Shown here: piece by piece, positions 22,059 to 35,275 of the stretch | Layout: every line of letters begins with the position of its first letter | Position numbering within the stretch: the stretch's first letter is position 1 | Assembly: GCA_030390025.1 (NCBI GenBank) | Contig: CM059427.1 | Coordinates: 57,164,001 to 57,228,000 of the forward strand | DNA: 64,000 nt | Direction of reading: 5' to 3' | Origin: Squalus acanthias | Taxonomy: Eukaryota | Notes under the pieces: model-generated | The model's input: the letters and a program-made list of their open reading frames with translations, nothing else | Told to the model about the DNA's origin: nothing | The model's database searches: none | Translations under genes and position numbers: made by a program

Positions 22059-24154
22059 CATTGGAGTATTATAGTAAAATAGGCTTTGAAGGGTTAAATG
22101 ACTATTGCAGAATTTATCTGTGGCTGCAGTCAAAAGAAACTCTTCGAAAGGATGACTAATTAATGTAAGTAACTTTAAGCAGATATTTTATTGACTTGCA
22201 TTCTTTAATTAAGTAGATGTATTTCAACCCAGGTGAAAATTATCTTTTGAATTCACAGTTTATGGATGTATCACAGTTTGTGGATACCACATTTTAATTG
22301 GTTTTCCTTATACAGTTGCTTAACAAATGTTAACTGTGCATTTTTAATCATTTCCTATATTTTCCTTGCACATAACAATTTACTGTGCAGTAAAAGTTGA
22401 ATAATCTCCACTGTTACATAGCATTTCCTCACTGCGGGTATAGCTGGTAGCCAGTATAGAATATGCCTCATGGATATATGCTGTTGAACCCTGCTCAATG
22501 CTGTCAGGATGTTGAACCAAAGAATCAAACCACCAGGTTGATGGCCAGTAACTTTAGATCCTTTAAGACAAAAAAATCACTCTTTACACAGAGTAATAAC
22601 CACATTTAGAAGGCTAAGCCCGCAGATTCCTTTTATAATCTTTGCCGTTCCCCTTCCAAACTAGGAAGAATCCACAAAGAATATTATTTGATCAATTTAA
22701 ATTTTATTTATACAGCTTCAGTCCCTAAGTGTAGGTCTGTCGCATTGTATTGTAGAGGGACAACACATTTATATAGTCTTGGATGGAAGAACAGTTCTGT
22801 TCATTCTTTGATGGCAGCCCTGGACTGTTTAGGGCATGAAAATATCAAAAGCCATACCTTAAGCAGAGCAGGTCCCATCACATCAATTCATTTTTTTCGT
22901 TCTCCAGATGTTTATCTGTGATCTGGTGTTGCCAAACTAGCAGTATTTTATGCTGAAGACTCCCATTTCTGAAAGACTATATTGCGATTGCCAAAATTCA
23001 TTTTATTTACAGTCGCTGATCACTGTCAGCAAAAAATATTTTGTCATTCATCCCACGGTTGGATTGAAACCATGATTTTTCTAAGTGAAGAACTGGGTCT
23101 TTTGACCAATGTCTTAGTCCACCAAATTATCTAGCCGTCAACAAGCTGCCATTATTTTGTTTATAGGCCGGGTCCTCAGGTGGATTTAGAGAACTCCTCC
23201 ATGTCTTTCCAAGCTGTTATTCTGGAAGAGAATCAAGGCAGCTGTGTTTACTGCCTGGAACTTGGCATAAATTTACAAAAAAACTAGAATTTATATCATT
23301 CGGTATCACTGAGAGATCTCAAACCACCTGCCTATGTGACAAATTCACCCTATTGTGAGCTCGTTGTTAATGACATCATGCAATAAAGTCAACAATTCAT
23401 GTTGATGAATTGAGTTTTTATGAGCATTGCTAAAAGATATACCCATAAAGGAAACATCACGGTGCAGTGCTTTCACCAATGAATCAGTTTTTCAGAAATT
23501 AGAATATGTGAATTCTGACCTGCAAACCTGGAAATACATCTTATGGAACACAAGCCTCATTTTTATTAACCCTTGCCTGGTGAAACCACATAAGGATAGC
23601 ACAAGATACTCTTGGAGAAACACTGATGGAAACAGACCAGTCCATTTTGCTAACTGGTCTGGTTCAGTTCCATTGCTTCTTGTTGTTCCTGATGCAGGTC
23701 TGACTGCCACTGAATAAAGAAGAGGAATTGGTGCTTTGCTAGATTGTTCTCTCTGCTCCTCAGCTCTGTGGTATCAGATACAAAAGCAATATTGAAATGA
23801 CATTTGAACCGCCTTGCAAAATTGAAGATTGGCTAGGCAATCGAAAGATAAAACTGAGTTCTCAATTTTTCGGTCTATTTTCAGTTTGCTAAGAAGATAG
23901 AAAGTTCAGTATACTATGTAATCATACTTTAAAGATTTGTGTGTTGCAGTTCCACATTGTTTTAACATTGTTTTTTGAAATGTTTATTGAATCAAATCAT
24001 ATGCTGTTACGTCCCTACTCTGTGTCTGGCTGATTCTACTAAGATATCATATCATCATGGCTTTCTTAGGCACACTCAATCTTATCAACTGTCCTTAGTC
24101 AATTGTATTTATTTCTGCTGTTAATATTAAATAAGGTGTAACTGTGTGGGCAGG

Positions 24155-26300
24155 AACAACAACAACATACATTTATATAGCACCTTAATGTAGAAAAGTG
24201 TCCAAGGCACATCATATGGGTGTAAGTTAAAGAGTTTGCTGTAAGGAGGGTGTTAAAGGAGGAGAGGCAGGTAGAGATGTGGAGTGGTTTAGGGAGGGAA
24301 TTCTAGAGCATGGGGCCTAGGAGGCTGAAGACACAGTTGCCAATGGTAGGGGGAAAGGAGGTAGGTTTCAACAAGAGGCCAGAGTCAGAAGAACAGAGGG
24401 TTTGAGGTTGTAGCACTGGAGAAGGTTACAGATGTAGGGAGAGGTGAAGCCATGGAGGAATTTAAACACAAGGACATGAAATTAAAATTTGAGGCAAGAG
24501 AGGACTGGGAACCAAAGTAGGTCAGCAAAGGTGGGGATAATGGCTGTGCAGGACTTGGTACGGCATAGGATATAGGCAGCAGGGTTTTGGATGAGCTAAA
24601 GTTTATGGAGAATGGACAATGGGAGGCCTGGAGAGCATAGGAATGGTCGAGTCTTAAAATACATATCAGGAAAGGCGGTATACATATCAGGAAAGGATGA
24701 GCTGGCTGGGTCTCTTTTCCTCTTTTCTCTTGAAAAAAGAAGGCTGAGGGTGACCTAATAGAGGTCTTTAAAATTATGAAAGGTTTTGATAGAGTAGATA
24801 CAGAGAGAATGTTTCCACTTGTGGGGAAGAGCATAACCAGAGGCCATCAATATAAGATAGTCACAAAAATCCAATCGGGAATTCAGAAGAAACTTCTTTA
24901 CCCAAAAAGTGGTGAGAATGTGGAACTCGCTACCACAGGGAGTGGTTGAAGCGAAAAGTATAGATTCTTTTAAGGGGAGACTAGACAAGCATATGAGGGA
25001 GAAGGGAATAGAGGGTTACGCTGATAGATTTAGATGAGGAAAGACGGGAGGAGGCTCGAGTGGAGCATAAACGCCGGCATGGACTGGTTGAGCCGAATGG
25101 CCTGTTTCTGTGCCATATATCCTATGTAAGAATGACAAAGGCATGGATGAGGGCTTCAATGACATCCCAGCTGAGGTGGAGGCAGCTAATATTATGGAGG
25201 TGGAGGGAGGCAGTCTCGGGTAAATAGGATGGTGAGGTTGCAAGCAGTTTCTTCAGCCTGAGACAATGGCCGGGGAGTGGGTGGTTATGATACTGAATTT
25301 GTGGCAGGGCTAGAGATGATTGTTTTAGTCTTCCCAATTTTAGCTGGAGAAAATTACAGCTCATCCAAGACCGGATGTCAGACACAGCTCCGAGGCAGTA
25401 GATGGGTGGAAATGGTATAAAAGAAGCAGAAGGCGAGTCTCAGGGATGAGATGAGCTGGAGCAGGAGATGGGAGAGAAACTAGAAAGAGATGGAGGTTCA
25501 GGTCTCAGGTGGAAGGGAGGGAGGGCCTGGAAAGGGGACTGAGGAGAAGATTTGGCTTGGTGGACAAGGGGAAGGGGGAAACAAAAGAGGAAGCTGAACA
25601 GACAGTCTGTATCTTGGTGACAAAGAAATCCATGAGCTCCTCGCACATGATTAGAGGCCAGAAAAGAGAGGTTTAAGGAGGCTTTTGGTAGTAGAGATAA
25701 GATGCGGGGGTTATCTTTATTTCCAACATGCTCCTAGAGTAGTAGACTGTTTTGGAAGAGAAGAGTAAAACCTGGAAAGTTATTATCTGGCCTGATCTGA
25801 CAATGGATGGCTAAGCCAGATGTGCACCATATACACTCGGTGTGCACCCCACCCCGCTGGACTTGAGGGATCTAAGATGGACGATGTGCCAGGGGAAATG
25901 GCCCATAGGAGACAGTGAAGGTTTTTCTCAGGACCTGAGCATCAAAGGTGGAGGTGAGTGAGTGGTTAAGAAAATCAACCGCTTTGGAGGTATCATGGAG
26001 GAGGGAGGACCAAAGGATAGGCAGCTGGGAGTTTGAACGTGCAGTTGTGATTAGCGGATGCACTAGAACGTGCTGTTGGGTAGAGAGGTGTGGGAGAAGA
26101 GCGACAGAAGGAAGTGGTTGGAGATTGCTTTGTTAGTGATTGAGACCATGGCAGTAAGAAAGGCCATGGGAGATGGTAAGGTCGAGGGGTTGGCGGAGAT
26201 TAGATAGAGGGAGAGGTTTATGGAGGACAGGAGGGCAATAAATGGAGAGGAGAGAAGGCAAAGAGAGCTGGAAATCACTGAGGTTATTCTCTGGTGAATA
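24155..26300 (-). mobile_element. L2 LINE (fragmented), interrupted by a CR1
   Basis: AACAACAAC...ATTTATATAGCACCTT tail reversed; minus-strand SDIRSWMSCNFLQL and ALIHAFV motifs. Confidence 0.88.
24676..25126 (+). mobile_element. CR1 LINE 3' fragment inserted in L2
   Basis: RLRVDLIEVFKIMKGFDRVD-like coding, FFTQKVVRMWNSLP, tail CCGAATGGCCTGTTTCTGTGC...CCTATG; 16-bp duplication TACATATCAGGAAAGG at the 5' junction. Confidence 0.9.
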
Positions 26301-29300
26301 TGTTTCCAAAACACAGGGTTGAACTTTGCCAGTGGTGGTCCAATTTTGTACCTCACTTCTTATACTGGTAAGTTGCAATGTATTAGTCATACCATTTATT
26401 GTGCTCATTAATGCAAATGTTTTCATGAGAATGGATAGATATATCTGGAATATCAAAATCTGCAGTTAAGTTATACACAACAAACTTATCAAAAAACTAC
26501 AGGTATCATGAGCCACTTCTGAGTTTTCTCATAGCTTCTGATTCTTGTTATAATTTGACAAACATCTCCTAAAATACAATAGCTCTCACACAAATATATG
26601 AAGACCATTTTTGCTCCCACAAGAACTATAGCATCTTCTGGGATTTAAAGTAAGTAACTATCACAAGAATAGAATGTAGAAAGAAAAGTGCTGGACTTAT
26701 TAAAATATGAGAAGTACAATAACAGGATCTTAATAGACCTGTTTCTAGTGATAAAGTGGTTAATTTTTTTTATTCTGTAGCTTCATATTTACTTTATTTG
26801 CTGAAAAAGTAACACATTATTGCTCCCATCGGGATATAACTTATAGAAATCTGGCACTTAAATTGGGAAACAGCTGTTCTCTGACTAATGGCAGGTGTGC
26901 TATACTGGTGCGGTTTGTTATTACCTATACACTGTTCATCTGTAATAATCTGTTTTCCTGTAACAAGACAGTTAATTTTTGCAGCCAGTATCAGCTATAT
27001 TTTAAAACTGTCACAATGTGAACATCCATTTATAGAGAAACCATATCCCTTTTTATTACCCTTGTCTATGCTACATATACAATGATAGTAAAGTGTACGT
27101 ACAGTAAGTCTGCATTCTTTATGTAATATGTAAGTCACATCATTATGCACGGAATAGAGAACAGTTAATCAGAAGTCTGCTGTGGAACTGCTTCCTCTTC
27201 AATTCAGGCAGTTTGCTGCACAGAAAAGAGATAAAAATTGTGAGGAAATAATATTTAAAACATCAAACATAAAATCCTTGGAGAACTCAATACTCCCATT
27301 CTGTCATATGATTCATGAAGGACAATATATTCAACTAATAATGAAGACACAACAGAACTGGGTTGAACCCCTCACTTTCATTGTAGTTTGACTATAATGA
27401 CACTAGAAATACATTCAATTTGGAACCTTCTTTCAGACATCAATCTACTGTATCAGGAACAGTGATGTTTCAAACATTGTTACCATGGTTTATATTTATT
27501 GTGATGCTTTCTTTCTTCCCCAACCCACTGTGGCCACATGACTACATTGCAAGGCCAACATTGTTTGGTACCTTAAATCAAAGAACCTTGTTTAATATGA
27601 AGATGGTGTACTATGGGGATAACAAATAATACAATTTTATACTTCATACTGATGGAAGATTCACATAACTTACTTATGTCTTAACCTTCAAAAGTTATGT
27701 GGATTATTAGTGTATTATAAATTGGCATTTCATGCTGCTCCATATCACTCTGAATCAGAAGAAAAAGATGTAGGACTGAGGCCCAGATCTAGACCTCCAC
27801 CACATTTCTTGTGCCTCCAAAAGTTTCAATGAGATTGGATGCACAGAAACTTTGATCAGCTTTATTTCCCACTTTGTTCATATTGCACAGTTCCAAGCAC
27901 TACAAATATCATGATGCTAAAAAGTGCATTATATCTCAGCACAAAAGATCCTGTTACATTAAAGGAACATGTCAATACTAATCATCACAATATTGTTGTA
28001 ATGAATGATTGTGGATCACTGATAGATTGACTTTTCGCCTTGCGGACCTGTTGCCAGTTTCTTTGTGCATTACTACAACAGTACTCTCTCCCTTGAACCT
28101 TATTTTGTGCATTAGTGTATGGGATTGTTCCACATATAACATATAAACTAATTTTACCTTTATTTTGTTATAAAGAGAATTCAGCATTTAAAAACAAAAT
28201 TACTGGCATTGATATTAACCAAAATGTACAGTTTGCACCAAAGCTACTGGACAAATTTGGGTTTTTTGGTGTTGATTACCAAAAGAACATTAAATATGCA
28301 TCATTGTTGAAAGTAAGCGAGTGTGCCATTTCTAAACAGGAATACTGTAATGTGCATAGAGATAGATTTTAACAACCTATCCATAATTTATTACAATTTT
28401 TCTTTCATGTTCATCTTAGTTTGCATAAAACTAATGAGTGAATAAATGTTATTCATCTTTAAAACATGCAATGATCAGCATGAAAATTCAAACTAAAGTC
28501 TAATCTTAACGAGACTGACTTCAAATTGTAAGCATAAAGATCATGAAGCATTTTAATTGAAGGCAGAGTTGTGGATTTGATACACCAGCCAGGTGTCATT
28601 CTGAGAAAAAATCTGTTGGTAAAGCAAGGATACTGAAGAAAATAAAGTTAATTTGAAAATGTGTAAAATGTGTTGAATTTTCATGGAGACGGGATGAACA
28701 AATACTTATTGCATCATTGCGTATTTTCATTAATCACTACTATAATAAGCTGCTTGATACATATGAAATGCAATATTATGTGTACTATACTGTTATAATA
28801 CGTAGGTAAATTATACTGTTCATCGGATGCTTTGCCAATGTGATATCAGTTTACTATTTAGCCAGTGCATTTGATTCAAGTATTTAGTATTTAAAGTTCT
28901 CTGAAAAACCTTATGGGCAATATATTTTTTATGTGCCTATAATAAGATGGGCAAAGATCTGGATTTATGTTGTACAAATACAGCAGCAATTGTACTTAAG
29001 ACTTACAATTCATACAATGCTCACTTAAAATGACATTGATATTCTAAATAAATTACAAACTGTAGCAATGGTGAAGAGCATAGTGCCTGATCTAAAAAGT
29101 ATAAACAATTCAGAAAACACAGAACCTAAAGAGGAGCCATTTAGAATGGGGTAGAACAGTCCAGAGCCATTGAATGAGTTTCTTGCTGTATTATAAACAT
29201 TGGTGTAATCAAGTAACAAAAGGTTGAAAGGTTGTAAATCAATTTAGATAGGTGACCTTTGTTGCTCATGTTTCTGACCCCACTGATATGTCAACCATGG

Positions 29301-30991
29301 CAACCTTAAACAGATTTTGATAGAGCCAGTCACATACTTCATTTAAATTGCAGTTTAAAAGCACTTAGATCGGTCTTATTTGCATTCGACAAATGGGAAT
29401 GTGATGAGCAAAATGATAAAATATATGTAATATAGCATATCTGATTTTGCTGGCAAATAAGGAGCTCTTGAATGTGTTGAACTGAAGGAATTTTAAGCTA
29501 GTCTGCATTGAGTTAAATATAAATGATCAAAAGTTGCATTAACAAGCCTACTTTTGAAAACATACTGGGAAAACAACAGAGTTGCACTACTTAAATATGT
29601 AATTAACAAATTTATTACAAATTCTTTGCACTTCTTGCGTATTCAGCTTTCTGGCAGATGAACATTAATTTACAATGGCAGAATGAAGCTAATTTCAACA
29701 CTTTGGAAAAATGAATGCCTTTTTGTGCAGCATGTTACACTTATCTACATGCCGCATTATTGTAATAAGTACATTCAAGAATAATTTCTTTTCAAATATT
29801 TTTACAAATCTCTCTCTCATTTGCATGCAAGTAAGTTGTCAGCTTAAATCTTTGAAATGCAAAATGTATCTCATTTCTATATTTCATCAAGGGGTCTTTC
29901 ATGTTTAATAAATTACAACTTAGATCCACAAAGACTTTGTTTTTCCTCAACTAAAAGCAAAAGGATACGGTTAAAATCTTAATCAGAACCTGCAAGGTTA
30001 TTTGCATGTTGCTGATATTTGGCTAGATGAGGTTTAATTCCAGCAAGCTGATTCTAATGGCAAGGTTATACTGTTAAATTGCCTGAAAGAAAAGAGTAGT
30101 TCCATTGTACATTGTAAAAAAAAACATGCATTGCTGCTCCTGTTGGAATTATAATATTCTGATTTACTTTTAGTTCCAAATGAAATACAGTAACAGTACA
30201 CGTAAGGTTTGCCAGGCTAACAGATTTTCAAATTATGTATAATATTGGTTACATGGGGAGGAATGAGATATTAACCCAGTTACATTTGAGAAAATGTTTC
30301 TGAATGAACAAAGCGTATTTCCATAAAACAGTGACAAGTATTGGGTGTAAACGAGAGTAGATTAGGCCATAAAAAACAAATACACTTGTCTTCTGTCAGC
30401 ATTCAGGATATCCTCTAAAAGGCTGGAGGTCAAATCTCTTTTTTTCCAGGACTCTGACATGACTCATACATAATTGGCTCGGTACAACTTGTTTAGTTAA
30501 CCTGTTTATCCACTGTGCGTCAATGCAGATTAAAATAATTAAAACTTTTTTTTAAAGGGAGTTACTCTAATAAATATTAAGTTTTATGTGTCTTTAGAAA
30601 GCCTTATAATAGCAAATGACACATCAACACACAGAATGATAGAATACCAGGCTCTGAAGAAGTATCTTGGTACTCTCAGAAATTATTTTAGTGGTTAACA
30701 TAAGGATAGTTAAGGTAGAAAGATAGTGTTTGCCTACATTTACTTTGTACAAAATTGGAATAATAAAAACAATTTAAATCTGATCTGCTTAGTAATTCTT
30801 GTTGTGCTGGTACAATATTGCCAATGTTCATACTTGTACTGAAAATAACAGTTCCTACAATAGGCAAGAGGTGTAGGGTGTGTGAGGTAAAAAGAAATAA
30901 ATCATTGTAGTCACAGAAACAGTAATCCTTGTTGAGCATTTTGAACTGATTGATATAAATAACATCTTTGCAGCCATCTGTCCAAAGAGGG

Positions 30992-31147
30992 NNNNNNNNN
31001 NNNNNNNNNNNNNNNNNNNNNNNNNNNNNNNNNNNNNNNNNNNNNNNNNNNNNNNNNNNNNNNNNNNNNNNNNNNNNNNNNNNNNNNNNNNNNNNNNNNN
31101 NNNNNNNNNNNNNNNNNNNNNNNNNNNNNNNNNNNNNNNNNNNNNNN
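30992..31147. other. 156-nt N run (assembly gap or masking)
   Basis: N characters. Confidence 0.99.
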
Positions 31148-32044
31148 CTGCCTAATACAGTGCAATCTACCTTTTTTTAACTATACCAGTAATTTTTGTG
31201 TGAGTCTGATTGTTCATAAAATGGCTGGCACTAAGTTTGTAAGAAAAAAATGTAATTACGAAAGAAAGTACTTTGATGTTTGTGTATATTAAATCATCCG
31301 CAGCACGCAGTCTGCAGTCAGCACACTGTAGTCTACATTGTGCTGAGGGACCAATGCTGGCACACTGAAGGGAGATGTCATCCAGCCCTAGAGCATGTTC
31401 AGCAAGTCCCAGTGCACAGAGGTTTATGAGGGCAGAGTGTGGCTGTGTGCCTAGAGAGTATACTAACCTCTTGGGTAGACGGGTAGGGTTGCTTTATGTC
31501 AGTCTGAGCTGGAATGAGCCACATGTTGAAAAATGGGCTGAAATTACTGTCTGAACTGTAGTCAGTCAGTTCCTTTTATTACTGAACCTGCTTTAAAGCT
31601 GTACCATATTACAGAAAAACGTGTTTTCAGCTCAAATTTGGAATTGCACCTATGCCAAGATGTCATTTAAAGATCATGTAGCAATAGCTTTTTGATGATG
31701 TCATTGCTGACGGTTGATGTCATCCTGTCATCTTGCATTTGGCCAACTCTCAAGAGGAGAAATTATTCGACTAGCTTACTAGTACCGCATGTAAAATCAC
31801 ACAGATCCCTTTGCCAATCGAACAGTTTCTGCTCTTCCAGGTTGTTCTAATAATTATGCTGAAATGCCACTGATAAACAGCCAGCAAAAGTAAGCTTTTC
31901 TAAAATCAAACGGCCTCAAATTGGGCGAGTTCAGGTCATAACTCCAATCCCTGAATTCAATTCAGATCATTTCAGATATTAAATCAGCTGCCACTTTTAA
32001 AAATGGGATTACACAGGCATAGAGCAACAAACCTCTTTGTATAC

Positions 32045-32177
32045 AAAAAGAAAATACTGCAGATGCTGGAAATCTAAAATAAAAACAGAAAATGCTGGAG
32101 ATACTCAGCAGGTCAGGCAGCATCTGTGGAGAGAGAAAGAGAGTTAACGTTTCAGGTCGATGACCTTTCATCAGAAC
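32045..32177 (-). mobile_element. Penelope-like terminal-repeat element
   Basis: Multi-copy ~130-bp repeat flanked by CTCTT(A)TGTATACA duplication; carries a hammerhead motif. Confidence 0.75.
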
Positions 32178-32180
32178 TCT
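32140..32180 (-). ncRNA. Minimal type I hammerhead ribozyme motif
   Basis: AGAGUU-CUGAUGA-A-AGGUC-AUC-GACCU-GAAA-CGUU-AACUCU: 6-bp helix I, 5-bp helix II, palindromic AACGUU helix III, GUU cleavage triplet. Confidence 0.75.
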
Positions 32181-32602
32181 TATGTATACATATATGTTCC
32201 TATCATACAGATTTCATCAAACATTTGTCACCATTATGTGGGTTGGTGGATGGATTTGTGGGTGCTGTTGGAGGCATAGTATCAAAAGTAGGTTGCATTG
32301 AAAAATATTTAGTTTTAGTACCTGCTTGTTTAATGTGGAGACGACGGACTGGGAAAGGATTTTCCTGGTGGTTGGTGGCAGAGGAGGAGGAGAATAAGAT
32401 CTTGGTTTGATTCTAATGCAGATTCCCTCTTTGCCATTAAAATTGTTTTGCATGATTATTGGGAGCAGAAATGTTTTCTATTAATCTAGAATCATGTTAT
32501 CTGGCATGACTGATCTTTAGATTTGGTTCCGTAAATATCAAAATTACGAACCTCAAGAAGTCAAACCCACAAATAAAATCAAAATCAGATGTCGAACACC
32601 AA

Positions 32603-33330
32603 GGGGGAAAAATTCAGTGGCGCCCCCTTTGGGGCGCTAATTTCGCCGGGGCGCTCTGAAAAAATTAGCGCCCCTGCACCGTAAATTCAGTGGTAGTGCC
32701 CCAAAGCAGGAGGCGGGACACTACTGGAAGCGCTCCCCCTCCTTCCTGGGGCGCTACAAGAGAATATTGCGACACCACGTGCAACAGCGCCACGTGCGTC
32801 GGCACGTAGTGCCGCAGTATTGCAGGCCTCCCTCCCCTGATTAAAGGGGAGGGGCCTAGCACTGCCTGCACCAGAGCTCTCCTGGACCACCGGGGAGCGG
32901 GGTGCCAGGAAAGCAGCCCAGCACTCAAGAGGAATGCTGGGCTGAGCGATCGCAGCCGGCACCCCGAAAAAAAAAGAAGGGGGCAGGTGCTGGCAGGCAG
33001 CTCAAAAAAATGGCCGCCAGCCCAAATAAAATGGCCACCCGACACCTGCCCTTTAACTTGCACCGCCGCGGCTGCAAAAACGCCACCCTGACCCTATCGG
33101 ACATATCGTCCAGTGATAGGTCAGGGGGCGCAACTGAGGTTTGTGGCCGGGGCACGTGCAGGGTGCTGCACGCGCCGATTACGTCATCACCGGAGGCGCG
33201 GCGCCGCAAGGCACTGCCGGCTAACGCCGCCGCTAACCTCCTGCTGAATTTCATGGGAGGCGTTAGCGGCATCGTGCCCGAGTGCTAGGGGCGCTAACAG
33301 GAGGCGCAAAGCAACCCAATTTCCCCCCCC
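32603..33330. mobile_element. GC/CpG-rich non-autonomous Harbinger-like element (~728 bp)
   Basis: Ends GGGGGAAAAATT / AATTTCCCCCCCC with CAA(G) duplicated; repeated GGCGC/GCGCC words in both arms. Confidence 0.85.
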
Positions 33331-34867
33331 CAAGTTCGCACATCCCCTGTAGTACCCATAGTCCGTTAGTACCCTACATATATTTGTAGGAACCAATCCT
33401 TAAGAAGTGGCAATGTTGACATTAGAAAAAAGTAATGCAAGATGGATAATGGCATAAATAAAACAAATCTACACTGTAGACCTTGTTCTGCACCTGCTTT
33501 CCTGTATTAAATGTCAATGTACCTTATTCCATAACTTCATTTTATATAAATAAGCCAAAAAAATTCCTGTCTGTACTAAGGCTTTAAAACTACAACATAC
33601 TTCTAGAAGACATTTTTATAATTAAATTAAGATTTATTTCCCACCATCTACTATTCTGTGCGAGTAACCTATCCCCATATAATCCCTTTTACCCTGAAGG
33701 AGGCTGAACCTCAGGTATATGTTTGCTGCCAATCATTATCAGCCAACAGGAGGTGTGGTTTGAGCACAATAAATTGGACTATGACAGCATCCCTGGTGAT
33801 GCTTTGCGTAGCTATGAAATAACAAAACTTGAGCAAGTGAATTCCAACAACAGGCAGCTTTGCAACTTGAACCCATGACCTGGAAGTACATTCTTAGCTA
33901 CTTGAGCTACTGCACGACCACATTATGTCACAAAATTGACCAACCAAAGAATCCATTACAGATCAACTAAAGTTAGCGCCATTAGTGTACAAAGTAAATG
34001 ATTGTGAATCAAATATCTTTTAAAGCTTTGAGAGTAGATCATGCTTACAGTTTGTTAACAAGGAAGTCATGTTGTAGGGAGCTGCAGGTTTTGACATGAA
34101 ATTTCACTTGAAAAGACCATAACAGCAGTGCTCTATGGGAGGTGTTGCCAGTGCAGTGGCTCTTTATGCCCATGTGGGATTGAGCCAGTAGGCACAACAG
34201 CTGCACCCAAAGCTGGCAGCAGGCAGCCATGAGGCCGGCTGTCACTGCTGGAGGAAATAGGGGACCAGAGTTGGTAGGTGTGCTAAAAATGTCCTTTGAA
34301 GTTTCATGTTATTTCAAGGTATACAATGTTTTACACCATTTTCCAGAGGTTCCGTTTAATAACAAATGCTTGCTACATCAACATGCATTATTATGAACTG
34401 CATCCCTGATCTGCACATTCTGCCAGCAAGCTGAACAAATTCATTGACAAACTGAACAGCTGCTATCATCAGCTGTTATTATTCTACATTAAGCTGCCTT
34501 TTTTGCTATTTTTGTCAATTTTAATTGTACATTGTTTGAGATGGTGCCTGGAAGTAGCAGCATAACTAGGTAAATTTGTTTGTATGCAAGTATATTAAGA
34601 ATTGTTTGCATTTTTCAAAATGAAAATATCAAAAAATGCGAAAGCAGGAATAAGATAGGTCCATTCCAGTTTCTTTATCATTTCAGCCCATGTTATGATC
34701 TCACCATTTTATCTCCCTTTACGTTCAAAGCCAACTTCATCCCTTCTACTCCCTGTTGAAAAAAGATCTGTTCATTTCCTATGAAAGCCTCAACTGAGTT
34801 TCTATTCACTGCCCTTGTTTGCACTCTATTCCACAAGTTTGCCGAGATGTTCCTCTGTGGCGCGATC

Positions 34868-35275
34868 ACCGCGGATGCTGGAAATCTGAAATAAAAACAG
34901 AAAATGCTGGAAGCGTCAGCAAGTCAGGCAGCATCTGTGGAGAGAAAAGAAAGAAAGACTTGCATTTCTATCGCGCCTTTCACAACCTCAGGACGTGCCA
35001 ACACGTTTTACAGCCAATGAAGTACTTTTAAAGTGTAGTCACTGTTGTAATGTAGGAAACAGAGTTAACGTTTCAGGTCGATGACCATTCATAAGAACTG
35101 GAAGATGTTAGAGATGAACAGCCTTTAAGCAAGTAGGTAAACAGAGTAAGAGAGACAAGTGAAAAATCCCATCGGAGAGAAGAGCATGCTGGAAACACTC
35201 AGCATGGTCAGGCAGTATCTGCAGTGAGTGAAACATTTCAGGTCGACGACCTTTCATTTGAACTACAAGATGTTC
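34868..35275 (-). mobile_element. Two Penelope-like repeat copies with broken hammerhead cores; the first is interrupted by a DeuSINE tail (~34946-35060)
   Basis: Cores read CUUAUGA and CAAAUGA instead of CUGAUGA; inserted AAAGAAAGACTTGCATTTCTATCGCGCC... SINE tail. Confidence 0.75.

Noticed and set aside
32665-33396. Overlapping ORFs of 69-132 aa on both strands
   Set aside because: Explained by high GC content within a MITE.
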